A DNA stretch of 62,579 bases, filler included. It is 8 parts of 8 records of this genome, joined end to end, with 100 filler letters (N's around TTAATTAATTAA, not from the genome) between each part and the next. Parts side by side here need not be neighbours in the genome. Positions count along the whole stretch, not along the records: positions 47,332 to 55,988 come from SRR31147125_48499; positions 56,089 to 62,579 come from SRR31147125_48552; 6 more parts are not named here. One strand, 5' to 3'. The notes below the pieces were generated by a model, which did no database searches, was not told where the DNA came from, and was given only the letters and a program-made list of their open reading frames with translations. Made by a program: the position numbers and the translations under genes. Shown here in pieces: positions 50,801-60,747 of this stretch. Numbering within the stretch: position 1 is the stretch's first letter; every line of letters starts with the position of its first letter.

Positions 50801-51815
50801 ACCGGTGTGGCAAAAGGGAAGCGGCAACGTCTCCGGCCTGGAGGTGATTCCCTTGAGTGAATTGACCCTGAATAAAAAAACGCGCCCCCGTATCGATGTG
50901 GTGCCCAGGGTCTCGGGATTTTTCAGGGATTCCTTTCCCAATCTCATGGAGCGCATGGACGAGGCGGTTCAGATGGTGGCTTCCCTGAAGGAGCCGCCGG
51001 AATCCAACATGCTTCGTCGCAACGTTTATAAAGACCTGGAAGCGTACAAATCCCAGGGGATGAGCGAGGAAGAGGCATTCCGGGAAGCGACGTTCCGGGT
51101 GTTCGGATGTCCGCCCGGTACTTACGGGGCCGGCGTGGCAGAGCTGGTGGAGTCCAAGAACTGGGAGAGTCAGGACGATCTTGGTAACAACTATATTCGA
51201 TATTCCTCCCACGCCTATGGCCGGGGCAGCTACGGCACACAGAAACCGGACACTTTTCGCAGGATGCTCTCCCGAATGGACGTCACCGTGAAGAACGAGG
51301 ACTCCCGGGAGTACGACATGATGTCCTGTACCGACTACTACAACTATTACGGCGGACTCATCGTGGCAGCCAAGACCGTCAGAGGGGAGCTTCCCTTTGC
51401 CGTGATGGGCGACAGCGCCGATCCCAAACGCGTCAAGATGCGCACCACATTTGAAGAGGCAAAACATATCTTGAGATCCCGCCTGGTCAATCCGAAATGG
51501 CTTGCCGGAATGAAACGACACGGCTATAAGGGGGCCGGGGACATCTCCCACATGATGGATGTGGTTCTGGGCTGGGATGCCACCGCCGAAGTGGTGGAAG
51601 ACTGGATGTACGAAAAGATCGCCAAGGCCTATGCCCTGGATCCGGAGATGCAGGAATGGATGAAAGAGGTCAATCCCTTTGCGCTTCAAAATATTCTGGA
51701 TAAGCTCTTGGAGGCGATCAGTCGCGGCATGTGGAACGCCGATTCGGAAATGGAAGAAGCCCTTCGGGACACCTATCTCGACATGGAAGGAGAAATCGAA
51801 GAGTGGTCGGATTAA
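47817..51815 (+). CDS. cobN: CobN/BchH-family chelatase large subunit; two probable sequencing frameshifts (~49290, ~50570)
   Basis: PEFDG, HHYPP, QPPRG, HVGKHGSLEWLPGK, YPYIINDPGEGTQAKRR, RIDV..RVSGFFRDSFP, YGAGV, RLVNPKW. Confidence 0.88.
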
Positions 51816-51881
51816 GAAGGTCGGTTCATGGGTTCGTTAACGAGTCTGTAGGAAAGTTGCTATATCCTAAAGTGGGGGAAT

Positions 51882-53686
51882 ATGAATATGGGCCGAGTGT
51901 TGATGGAACGGCGTCTTCGACCTCATTGAGTCGGGTTTTTCAACGACAAGGTGGGTTGCTTGCCGGTTTTATTTTTTTCATCACCCTCATCTTTATGCCT
52001 ACATGGAGTCCGGCTGCAGCCGCAATGCATGAAGCGACCGACGATGAGAGTATCATCATCACGGAAGCGGAGATCAAAGCCATGAAACCTAATAAAATGG
52101 CCGATCTTCTTAACCATGTCCCCGGAGTCACCGCCGGAGATACGTCGGTGAACATCCATGGATCGGTCAAGGTGAAAGTGTTGGTGGACGGTCGCTCCAT
52201 CAACGATCCCACCTCCAGTCACGGCCGGATCCACTGGGAGATGGTCTCTCCGGAAGAAGTGGTTCGCATCGAGGTTTTCCGGGGTAAAGGGGGGCTTAAA
52301 TACGGCCAGGATGCAAGCGGTGGGGTGATTCTCATTACCACCCGAAACATCGGGCAGTTAACCGGAAATATCAAAGCATACGGCGGCAGCGAAGGCACGG
52401 CTTACGGTCATCTCAATCTTCAAAAACGCATTGGAAAGTGGGGCGTTGGTATCACCGGCGGCGGGGAGCGCACCGATGGGTATAAAGTCAATAACGACAA
52501 AGAGCGTTGGAAAACCGGCGCCAGAGTGGATTACTCCTTTGATGAGAAAAAGAAGGTCGCATTTACCGCCGACTATTTAGAAGATGAGAGGGGACTGAGC
52601 GGACAACCGAAAAACCCAACCCCTTATTCCAGAAAAAAGACGGAAAATACTGCCCTTTCATTTCAGGTTCAATACAATACTGTTATCGGAACCACCAGCT
52701 TCAACGAAGGGTTCAATCACAACACGGACATCAGCAAAAATCTGGACAAAAAATTGCGTGTCCGGGAGGTGACTCAGGATTTCGGAACGACGTTTCAAAC
52801 CCAATCCTTTGGAAGTGTGAGTGTGGGCGGTTCCGCGTACCAGGGCAGGGCCTCTGGAAGTAGCTTCGATGATCAGAAGGAGGAGCGTTTCTCTCTCTTT
52901 TTCGCTCAATCTCTGAAACTAAAAAGCACTCCCCTGTCCCTGACCCTGGGCCTTCGGGCCAATTTCAACTCGGCATTTGACGATGCCGTCAATCCGGAAG
53001 TGAAGTTGTCTTGGAAAAAGCATCAAGACAGTAAATGGCGAGTCACCGCCGATTACAGCCGGAGCAACAACACGCCGTCCTTCTATCGGCGCTATTACCG
53101 GAGCAGCTCCACCATTCCCAATCCCGATCTCACCATGGAAACCGCCGACAATTACAGTCTGGCCCTCTTCATGAAGCCCTTCGAGCGGCTCTCCGGCAGC
53201 ATCACCTTTTTTTACAATCGCCTCAACGATCGCATCACCTATGACACGGGTGATGACGGCATCGGGCAGTATAAAAATATCGGCCTGGTCAGCTATACCG
53301 GCGGAGACATTGCCGCCACATGGACGGCGACGGCAACTGTAAAGATCAACGGAAGTTATACCTATCTGGAAGCGGTGGACGAAGATACGGATCTTTGGAT
53401 CACGGCCAAAGCTAAGCACACAGGAAAGCTGGATATCTACTGGCAACCGACAGATCCCCTATCGGTGGTGCTTCGATCCAAAGCGGTTTCCAGGGTGTAT
53501 CGAAACAAGAGCAATACCAGGACGGAGCCGGGGTACGGCATCACCGATTATCGGTTGGAGTATGCGTTTTCGTCCTTCAATCTGTTTGGCGAAATTCGAA
53601 ATATCTTTGATAAGCATTACAACTATGCCGATGGGTTGACGGCCCCGCCGCTTACTTGGTTTGTCGGGATCAACATGAAAATATGA
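51882..53686 (+). CDS. TonB-dependent receptor; 5' end uncertain, likely ATG 51882 with a frameshift before the signal peptide
   Basis: Signal peptide ending AAAA; plug motifs DLLNHVPGV, VLVDGR, RIEVFRG..G.KYG....GGVILITT; NPDL.ME; RNIFDK.Y; C-terminal beta strand. Confidence 0.85.
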
Positions 53687-53736
53687 TCGCAATTTGATGT
53701 ATTTCCATAGAACCCAACTCAGCCGAGCTGGATAAT

Positions 53737-55862
53737 TTAGATGAAACCTTTTTCAGCCTGAGCTTGTATCGCAGTAATAATAACGGTGTTAATAATGTCA
53801 GTCACCTTACACCCACGACTTAGGTCATTTACCGGTTTTTTGAGACCCTGAAGGATAGGACCGATTGCAACGGCTCCTGTCGAACGCTGAACAGCCTTAT
53901 AGGTATTATTTCCTGTATTTAAGTCCGGAAAGATGAAGACGGTTGCTTTTCCTGCAACGTCGCTGTTAGGGGCTTTAGACTTCGCAACTTCCGGATCAAC
54001 TGCAGCGTCGTATTGTATAGGGCCTTGAACTTTCATATTGGGGCATCTCTCTTTAACGATTTTGGCGGCATCTTTTACTCTCTCCACCTCTTCTCCCTGA
54101 CCTGATTCGCCGGTTGAATAAGATAAAAGAGCGACCCTTGGCTCTATATCAAAGGCGGCAGCCGTTTTCCCAGAAGCCATTGCAATTTCAGCTAACTGTT
54201 CCGAGTTCGGCCTCGGGTTTACAGCACAGTCGCCATATACCAATACCCTATCTGCCAAGCACATGAAAAAGACACTTGAAACGATAGAAAGTCCGGGCTT
54301 GGCCTTTATAATTTGAAAGGCCGGGCGTATGGTATCTTGAGTTGTATGGACGGCACCGGAAACCATTCCATCAGCATCACCCATATGAACCATCATCGTT
54401 CCAAAATATGTCTCATCCAACATGGTTTCATGGGCACTTTGAAGGGTTCCCCCTGGTTGCCCCCTTGTGTTTTCTTAATTCATAGTAACACTCAACATAT
54501 TTTTCCAAGTTAGGATGCTTGGCAGGCTCAATTATGCCAATTTCTCCTTCCATAAGTTCCAGCCCTAATGAACTGATGTTACTTAATATTTGATCTTTGT
54601 TTCCTAGTATGCTAATTTCTACGACTCCTCTTCGAACAAGAATTTCTGCTGCTTTTAAAATTCTTTCATCATTACCCTCAGGTAAAACGATGTGCTGAAC
54701 ATTGAGAGTGGCCTTTTCTATTAGCGACAGCTCAAACATTTTTGGAGTCATTCTGGAGGACTTGGCTATTTCAACCGCAGATAAAATTTCATCTTTATCA
54801 ACAAATTGAGAAAAAAGACCTATGCTTGCGGCTATCTTGCTTTGGTCATTCACACAAATATTTGGGCTTATTTTACTTACTTCCAAGGCTGTATCGAAAG
54901 TGTTTTCTTTGACACTCAAAATTGGCAAAGGCATATTGGGCAGGCCGTTTAATAGTCTGTTTACCCCATCATCCGGAACCTCGCCTATGGTAAGAACGAT
55001 ACCTGCAACACTTGGGATAGATGTTGATAATAATGAGAGGATGCAACCCAGAAGCATATCGATCCTATCACCGGGCGTAATAACTAAAAAGCCTTCTTTT
55101 GTAATAAAATTGAATAGTTTAGGTAACTGAGCCGATGCAATAACATAATCATACACTTTATTCGTTAATCTGTTTTTACCCCAAAGAACGTCAGCATTTA
55201 ACAGTTCAACGATATCATTCATGGTCGGGTTGGAAATTTCACGCCACTCCGGTATTACATAAAAGAGTAAATTATTTTTACCATCAAATCTCTTTTGAAA
55301 TTCATCTGCCGTTTCCTTCACCGTATCAGGGTTCGTTCTATTAGAAACAGCACCAAATACTTCACAACCATTTTCTTTGTATGCGTCAATGGCTAACTGC
55401 ACGCTACTTACAATAGTATCAGTACTTTTATTAAGAGCATTGGCTATAATAATTACAGGACAACCTAATTGATAGCTTATGTGGATATTTATGTCAGAGT
55501 CAAATATATTTGTGTCATGTGTATAATCCATCCCCTCCACCAGGATTAAATCACATTTTTTTCCAACGCTTTATATTTTTTTAATATTTCTTCATAAAAC
55601 GTTTCCTGACGGTTAGACGTCAACAGCTCTTTTGCCTCTTCAAATGTATAAGCATACATTTCTTCATAGTTTATTTCTAAATTGAATGTTGACTTAATAA
55701 GGTTAATATTGTTATCAATTTGCTCTTTTTTTCTACGTTAATTATTGGACGAAAAAAACCTACTCTGTCTGTCCTTGTTGAAAAAATGTGCATTAGACCC
55801 AAAGAGACAAGCGTTTTCAGGCTTTCACTCTCGATGGAGGTAATATACAGACTTTGTGCCAT
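53737..55862 (-). CDS. pta: Long-type phosphate acetyltransferase (AAA_26 + DRTGG + PTA domains); several probable sequencing frameshifts
   Basis: [67 protein letters not shown]. Confidence 0.9.
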
Positions 55863-55988
55863 ACTTCTTTTCTCCGAAAATCTCGAAAGATATTTTTCAA
55901 ATATAAAAAAATATACTATTGTTAATTTTTTATTACAACGTTGTGGAATTGACTAAATGAGTCAGCGATTATTGATTTACCACTTACA

Positions 55989-56088
55989 NNNNNNNNNNNN
56001 NNNNNNNNNNNNNNNNNNNNNNNNNNNNNNNNTTAATTAATTAANNNNNNNNNNNNNNNNNNNNNNNNNNNNNNNNNNNNNNNNNNNN
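55989..56088. other. Artificial contig spacer
   Basis: N-run + TTAATTAATTAA + N-run. Confidence 0.99.
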
Positions 56089-56113
56089 ACGGCGTCGCTC
56101 GAAGCGACACCGT
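56089..56113. repeat. REP-like GC-rich hairpin at the contig start
   Basis: ACGGCGTCGCT-CGA-AGCGACACCGT, 10 of 11 positions pair. Confidence 0.5.
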
Positions 56114-56149
56114 CGGTTCATTTCATACATAAAATCGAATCTAATGATG

Positions 56150-56194
56150 AAAAAAAAATCTCCAGGCTTCTGCATTTCTGCCAACCTGAAGATT
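56150..56194 (-). terminator. Intrinsic terminator after the GH29-SGNH gene
   Basis: Minus strand AATCTTCAGG...CCTGGAGA followed by a long T run. Confidence 0.6.
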
Positions 56195-56216
56195 GTAATA
56201 TTTTTCAGTTTCTGGA

Positions 56217-58190
56217 CTACTTTTTCAAAGCCTTTTTAATAGCTTTCTCAACCAACTCTTCCATCACTTTGTAGCCTTCCACATTTGGGTGAACACTGTC
56301 GCTACCATATTCTTTTATCAAACCCTTGTTATCGTTTACCATTGCTGAATAGTAATCGAGATAAACCATGTCGTTCTCATCGGCATAAGCTTTTATCATT
56401 TTATTCAATTCGATAATTTTATCTTCCGGATTAATAGCCGGACGCCAGCCAAAACTCGATGCGGGAAGCACAGAAGCCAGTACCACTTTAATTCCGCTTG
56501 CCTTTGCCAGTTGAGCCATCGAAATAATGTTTCCCATGGTTTGCTCTAAGGTTTGTGGGCCACGGTTGGCAGCAATATCGTTTGTTCCGGCATTTATTAC
56601 AACCACTTCAGGATTTAGGTCGATAACATCGGGGCGGAAACGAATTAACATTTGCGCCGTAGTTTGTCCACTAATTCCACGGCCGTAATAAGGTTTTCCT
56701 TCAAAAAATTCGCCATGATGTCGTACCCAACCTTCGGTGATTGAGTTCCCCATAAAAACTATCCGTTGTTCATTCTTTGCAGGTGCAGCCAGTTTAGCAT
56801 TTGCTTTACTATATCGTTTCAAATTAGCCCAGTCTTCCGATGGAATAACTTCGAGCTTAATTACTGTTGCAATATCATCCGGAGCATTTTCCGGCAAAAG
56901 AATATAATCGCCTTTCCCTGATTCCTTAATTTCAAGTTCTTTTCCACCGGCCAGGAAAGTAGCTTTTTTAACCTTCAGGCTTTTATCAATTTGAATTTGT
57001 TTATCAGCAGGCCAATCGAAAACGTGGGCATAAAGCAAACCACGCTTGCTTGTGTAACGTCCCCACCCGGGGCGGTCGAACGGACTGGCTTTTGCACCGT
57101 AAATGGCTTCACCGTTTTCTTTTGTCCACTCGCCCATGGCTGCTAATCGTTCCACACTCTCCTGCGGGAACAAACCCATTGGATCGGGTCCAATATTCAA
57201 TAAAAAGTTACCGCCTTTAGAAACAATGTCTACCAAATGCTGAATCAATGTTTCGCTGCTTTTCCATTTTTTATCCGATGGTTTGTAGCCCCACGAGCCG
57301 TTCATGGTCATGCAGGCTTCCCAGTCGCTGTCTATTCCGGTTGCAGGAATTTCCTGTTCAGGTGTTCCAAAGTCGCCGGCAAAATCACCTTCGGCATCCA
57401 TACCTTCCATTCCCATTCGGCCTTTGTCAACACGGTTGTTTACAATAGTATTGGGCTGAATTTCGCGAATGGTTTTGTAGAAATCTTTCCCCATTTCGGT
57501 GGTATAATCGGCAATCCAGTCGCCATCGAACCAAACCACACCAATGTCGCCGTAGTTTGAAAGTAGCTCTACAACCTGTGGTTTCAGATAATTTTCGTAG
57601 TATTTCGGGAACTCGGGATTTACAACCGTTTGGTCTTTTTGCCCGGCATTATAATTCGGATACAACGGAGCCTGCGCCTGTGGATGATGCCAATCTACAA
57701 TGGAATGGTAGAAGCAAAATACAATATCTTGCTTTTTACATGCTTCGGCCAGTTCGCGAACAATATCGCGCTTAAACGGAGAAAAATCCATCACATCATA
57801 ATCGGTAATTTTCGAATCCCACAAACAAAAACCATCGTGGTGTTTCGATGTAAGCACGATGTATTTCATACCGGCATTTTTTGCCATGGTCACCCAATCG
57901 TCGGCATTAAATTTCACCGGATTAAACTGCGAGCTTACATCTTTTTCGTAGTCTTCAATGGTATAGTCGAGCTTGTCCATTACCCACTCGGCACCACCAC
58001 CACAAATTTCACCGTTGCGTTCACCTCCGGGAATGGCATAGGCTCCCCAGTGAATAAACATACCAAAACTGGCATCGCGCCACCAGCGCATGCGTTGATT
58101 GTCGTCGAGTTTTTTTACGCTTGTTTGTTGCGCGAAACCTGTTCCAAGCAGCGCAAAAACAATTGCAAACAGTAAGATTGATTTTTTCAT
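56217..58190 (-). CDS. GH29 alpha-L-fucosidase fused to an SGNH/GDSL esterase
   Basis: FGMFIHWG, KHHDGF, WFDG nucleophile, GGNFLLNIGP; C-terminal FMGNSIT, GISG, GTND, DSVHP. Confidence 0.9.
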   Translation of the reverse strand: MKKSILLFAIVFALLGTGFAQQTSVKKLDDNQRMRWWRDASFGMFIHWGAYAIPGGERNGEICGGGAEWVMDKLDYTIEDYEKDVSSQFNPVKFNADDWVTMAKNAGMKYIVLTSKHHDGFCLWDSKITDYDVMDFSPFKRDIVRELAEACKKQDIVFCFYHSIVDWHHPQAQAPLYPNYNAGQKDQTVVNPEFPKYYENYLKPQVVELLSNYGDIGVVWFDGDWIADYTTEMGKDFYKTIREIQPNTIVNNRVDKGRMGMEGMDAEGDFAGDFGTPEQEIPATGIDSDWEACMTMNGSWGYKPSDKKWKSSETLIQHLVDIVSKGGNFLLNIGPDPMGLFPQESVERLAAMGEWTKENGEAIYGAKASPFDRPGWGRYTSKRGLLYAHVFDWPADKQIQIDKSLKVKKATFLAGGKELEIKESGKGDYILLPENAPDDIATVIKLEVIPSEDWANLKRYSKANAKLAAPAKNEQRIVFMGNSITEGWVRHHGEFFEGKPYYGRGISGQTTAQMLIRFRPDVIDLNPEVVVINAGTNDIAANRGPQTLEQTMGNIISMAQLAKASGIKVVLASVLPASSFGWRPAINPEDKIIELNKMIKAYADENDMVYLDYYSAMVNDNKGLIKEYGSDSVHPNVEGYKVMEELVEKAIKKALKK

Positions 58191-58215
58191 TCTATTTTGA
58201 TTTTAATTTAACTTT

Positions 58216-59118
58216 CTATTTATCAAGTAATCTACTTTCATTTTCTGAAGGAAAATCGACTGGAATTTTATAGCTTGTTTTTCCGGTTGCCAACCATTCT
58301 GTTGCACGAATTAAAGTGCTTTGAAAGCCAATACACCGATATCCAACCGGATAGGTATCGCCTTTCCACAAATGGCCCATACTCGAATTGTACACCCTTC
58401 CTTTTCCATAAAACACGACCCATTCTACCGGCCAATTTATATTTGTTTCGGGGTCGGCAGAATACGACAAGACCGTAAGATTTTCAGCCGGTCCGCGGGC
58501 AAATTTATAGAGTTCCATATCAGGGGTAAGCCAGGCTTTGGGAAAACCCTTATTTATGGGGTGGTTATTTAGTATTTTAATTACTGCATCATGTCGCGGA
58601 CCATGATAAGTTGATTTCCCCTGCCCCACCGGAATTCGTTTTATTTGGCCGTCTTCTTCCACTTGCAAAGCAACTCCCTGTTCCGGATTACGCCAGCCCA
58701 GGCCAATCATTTTATTGTATTCGGGCCAGTGAGCAAATGCATTGTTGGCAGAATGATGGATGTACAAACCGCCACCGCCGGCAACATATTTTTCGAGCTT
58801 CTTCTCTATCTTTTCTGGCCAACGAATTTTCTTGTTATGAATATTGTTGCAGTTCAACAAAACGACATCGTATTTACTGAAATCCGGATTCCACAAATTC
58901 CACTCATTGTCATCCGGTTCGGAAGGAGAAGTTGAAACTGAAACATGAAACAACTCGCTTTCTTCTAAAATTGACTTTACCACTTTTGTGGTTTGTTTCC
59001 AGTCGTGATTGCTAAAACCATCTACAATCAGCACCTCTGTTTTTTCAGTATCAGGCTGCCCAAAAGCAAATGTTGGAACAATAAATAACAGGACTATATA
59101 GTAAAACCAATTCCTCAT
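58216..59118 (-). CDS. Exported ThuA-like domain protein
   Basis: Signal peptide; VDGFSNHDW, GGGLYIHH, HPI.KG.P, YGKGRVY....GH. Confidence 0.8.
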   Translation of the reverse strand: MRNWFYYIVLLFIVPTFAFGQPDTEKTEVLIVDGFSNHDWKQTTKVVKSILEESELFHVSVSTSPSEPDDNEWNLWNPDFSKYDVVLLNCNNIHNKKIRWPEKIEKKLEKYVAGGGGLYIHHSANNAFAHWPEYNKMIGLGWRNPEQGVALQVEEDGQIKRIPVGQGKSTYHGPRHDAVIKILNNHPINKGFPKAWLTPDMELYKFARGPAENLTVLSYSADPETNINWPVEWVVFYGKGRVYNSSMGHLWKGDTYPVGYRCIGFQSTLIRATEWLATGKTSYKIPVDFPSENESRLLDK

Positions 59119-59124
59119 TGCGTA

Positions 59125-60731
59125 TTATTTTAAGGCTCCTTTTACTTGAAATACTGCTGAATAATTATTGGATCTCTCGGCAGGAACATTCAGAATTAAT
59201 TTATCGCTGCTTTGCTTAAATTGAATTTTTTCTTTGCTGCCAATCATTTTTACCGACTTTATTTTATTTGGCTGGTATTTTGAATTTAATCCCAGTGCCG
59301 GAAGTTCGATTTCTCCGTCGGCAGGATTTAATACAAACACATACAGCACATCATCTTTTGTTGTGAAACGAACTTCGTTGTTTGCGTAGGCAGGACTGTC
59401 TTTAGTTCTGTTATTGAACTGCAACTTGGCCTTTTTCCGCTTTTTCTTTAGCTCTTCCAAATCGGTAACATCGGCTTTGCCTGTGTTGTCTTCAATTCCG
59501 GCGTAAAAATTATCGCCATGTACTTTCCAGGGTTTGCTGGCATAAATAGCCTCGCTATTCTGTTTTAACCAGGCCCCAAATTCATCTAAAATAACTTTAT
59601 GCCCGGGCGGAACAGTTCCATCGGGTAAAAGCTCAACATTTAGCACGAAGTTGCCGTTTTTGCTTACCACATCAATCAACAATTCGATAGTACTTCTTGC
59701 ATCGTGCCTCGATTCATCGTCTTTCTTATAAAACCAATGAGTATACGAGCAGATACTTTGCCAGGTTTGCGGCAGGATATCCGATTCCACTCCCTGTTCA
59801 ATATCGTGAACAATGGCAGGATCGCCCCCGGGAATTTTTCCGGCAATTACCGCATTTATTTTACCGCTGTCATCTAATTTCTGATTATAAAAAGTTTTAA
59901 AGGCTTCTTTACCAAAATCCCATAAGGAAATCCCCAGCCATCGAACCACAAAAAATCGACATCGTAACTGCTAACCAAATCTTTCATGCGTAACAACCAG
60001 TTTTGTTTCCATGCTTCTTCCCATTTTGGTGTTCTTTTTTCGGGTGGCAGACCGTATAAATTGGCTGGGTCCATGCCTTCCCACCAGGTGCCAACACCGT
60101 CTTCTTTGGTTAACCAACCATCATAAGGAACTCCTTTAAAATCGCCCGAGGTATCGGCACCAAAAGCTGGCAGTCCCCACTTAAAAAAGCGCTCGTCGTG
60201 GGTGCTTACACCAAAAGGCACATTGTATTTTTTTGCCGATTTACAAAACTCTCCGATAATATCGCGTTTGGGCCCCACATTCACCGAGTTCCATTCCTGG
60301 TATTTCGAATTCCAGTTGTCGAAATTATCGTGATGATGCGCCAAAGCCATAAAATACCGGGCACCTAAATCTTCAGTGAAATAGTGAAGCAAACTGTCGG
60401 TATTTAATTTCTCTGCTTTCCAGGCATTAGCCACATCTTTATAACCAACTTTCGATGGGTGTCCAAAGGTTTTCAGGTGATACGAATGGGCATTTTTTCC
60501 AAAGGTTTCTCGTCCTACATCTTGCATATACATGTGCCGGGCATACCAACCGCCACCGTATTCAGGAACAGTTTGCGCTCCCCAGTGCACCCAAATTCCG
60601 AACCGGGCCTCTGAAAACCATTCCGGTATTTCATACTGTTCGCTCAACTCTTCCCACGAAAGTTCTTCGTTTTGCGAATAACAAGTTACGCTCAAAATGA
60701 TTGCAAAAAACAGAAGATGGATTTTTTTCAT
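59125..60731 (-). CDS. GH29 alpha-L-fucosidase; probable frameshift near 59920
   Basis: PEWF.EARFGIWVHWG, HHHDNF, WNSVNVGPKRD, LWFDG; second piece LIDVVSKNGNFVLNV, EAIYASKPW, VRFT. Confidence 0.88.
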
Positions 60732-60747
60732 GATAATTAGTTATTCG

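Noticed and set aside
51816-51950. Cobalamin riboswitch upstream of the TonB receptor
   Set aside because: The gap is short and I could not find the conserved B12-box elements; the region reads better as RBS plus signal-peptide coding sequence.
18632-55862. ackA and pta as a linked acetate pathway, or hemB/ahbD and cobN as one tetrapyrrole cluster
   Set aside because: The genes are on different contigs separated by spacers and may come from different organisms.
5255-56088. Seven copies of TTAATTAATTAA as a biological repeat or CRISPR-like array
   Set aside because: Each copy is embedded in N-runs within an exact 100-nt block and separates fragments of different composition; it is an assembly/concatenation linker.
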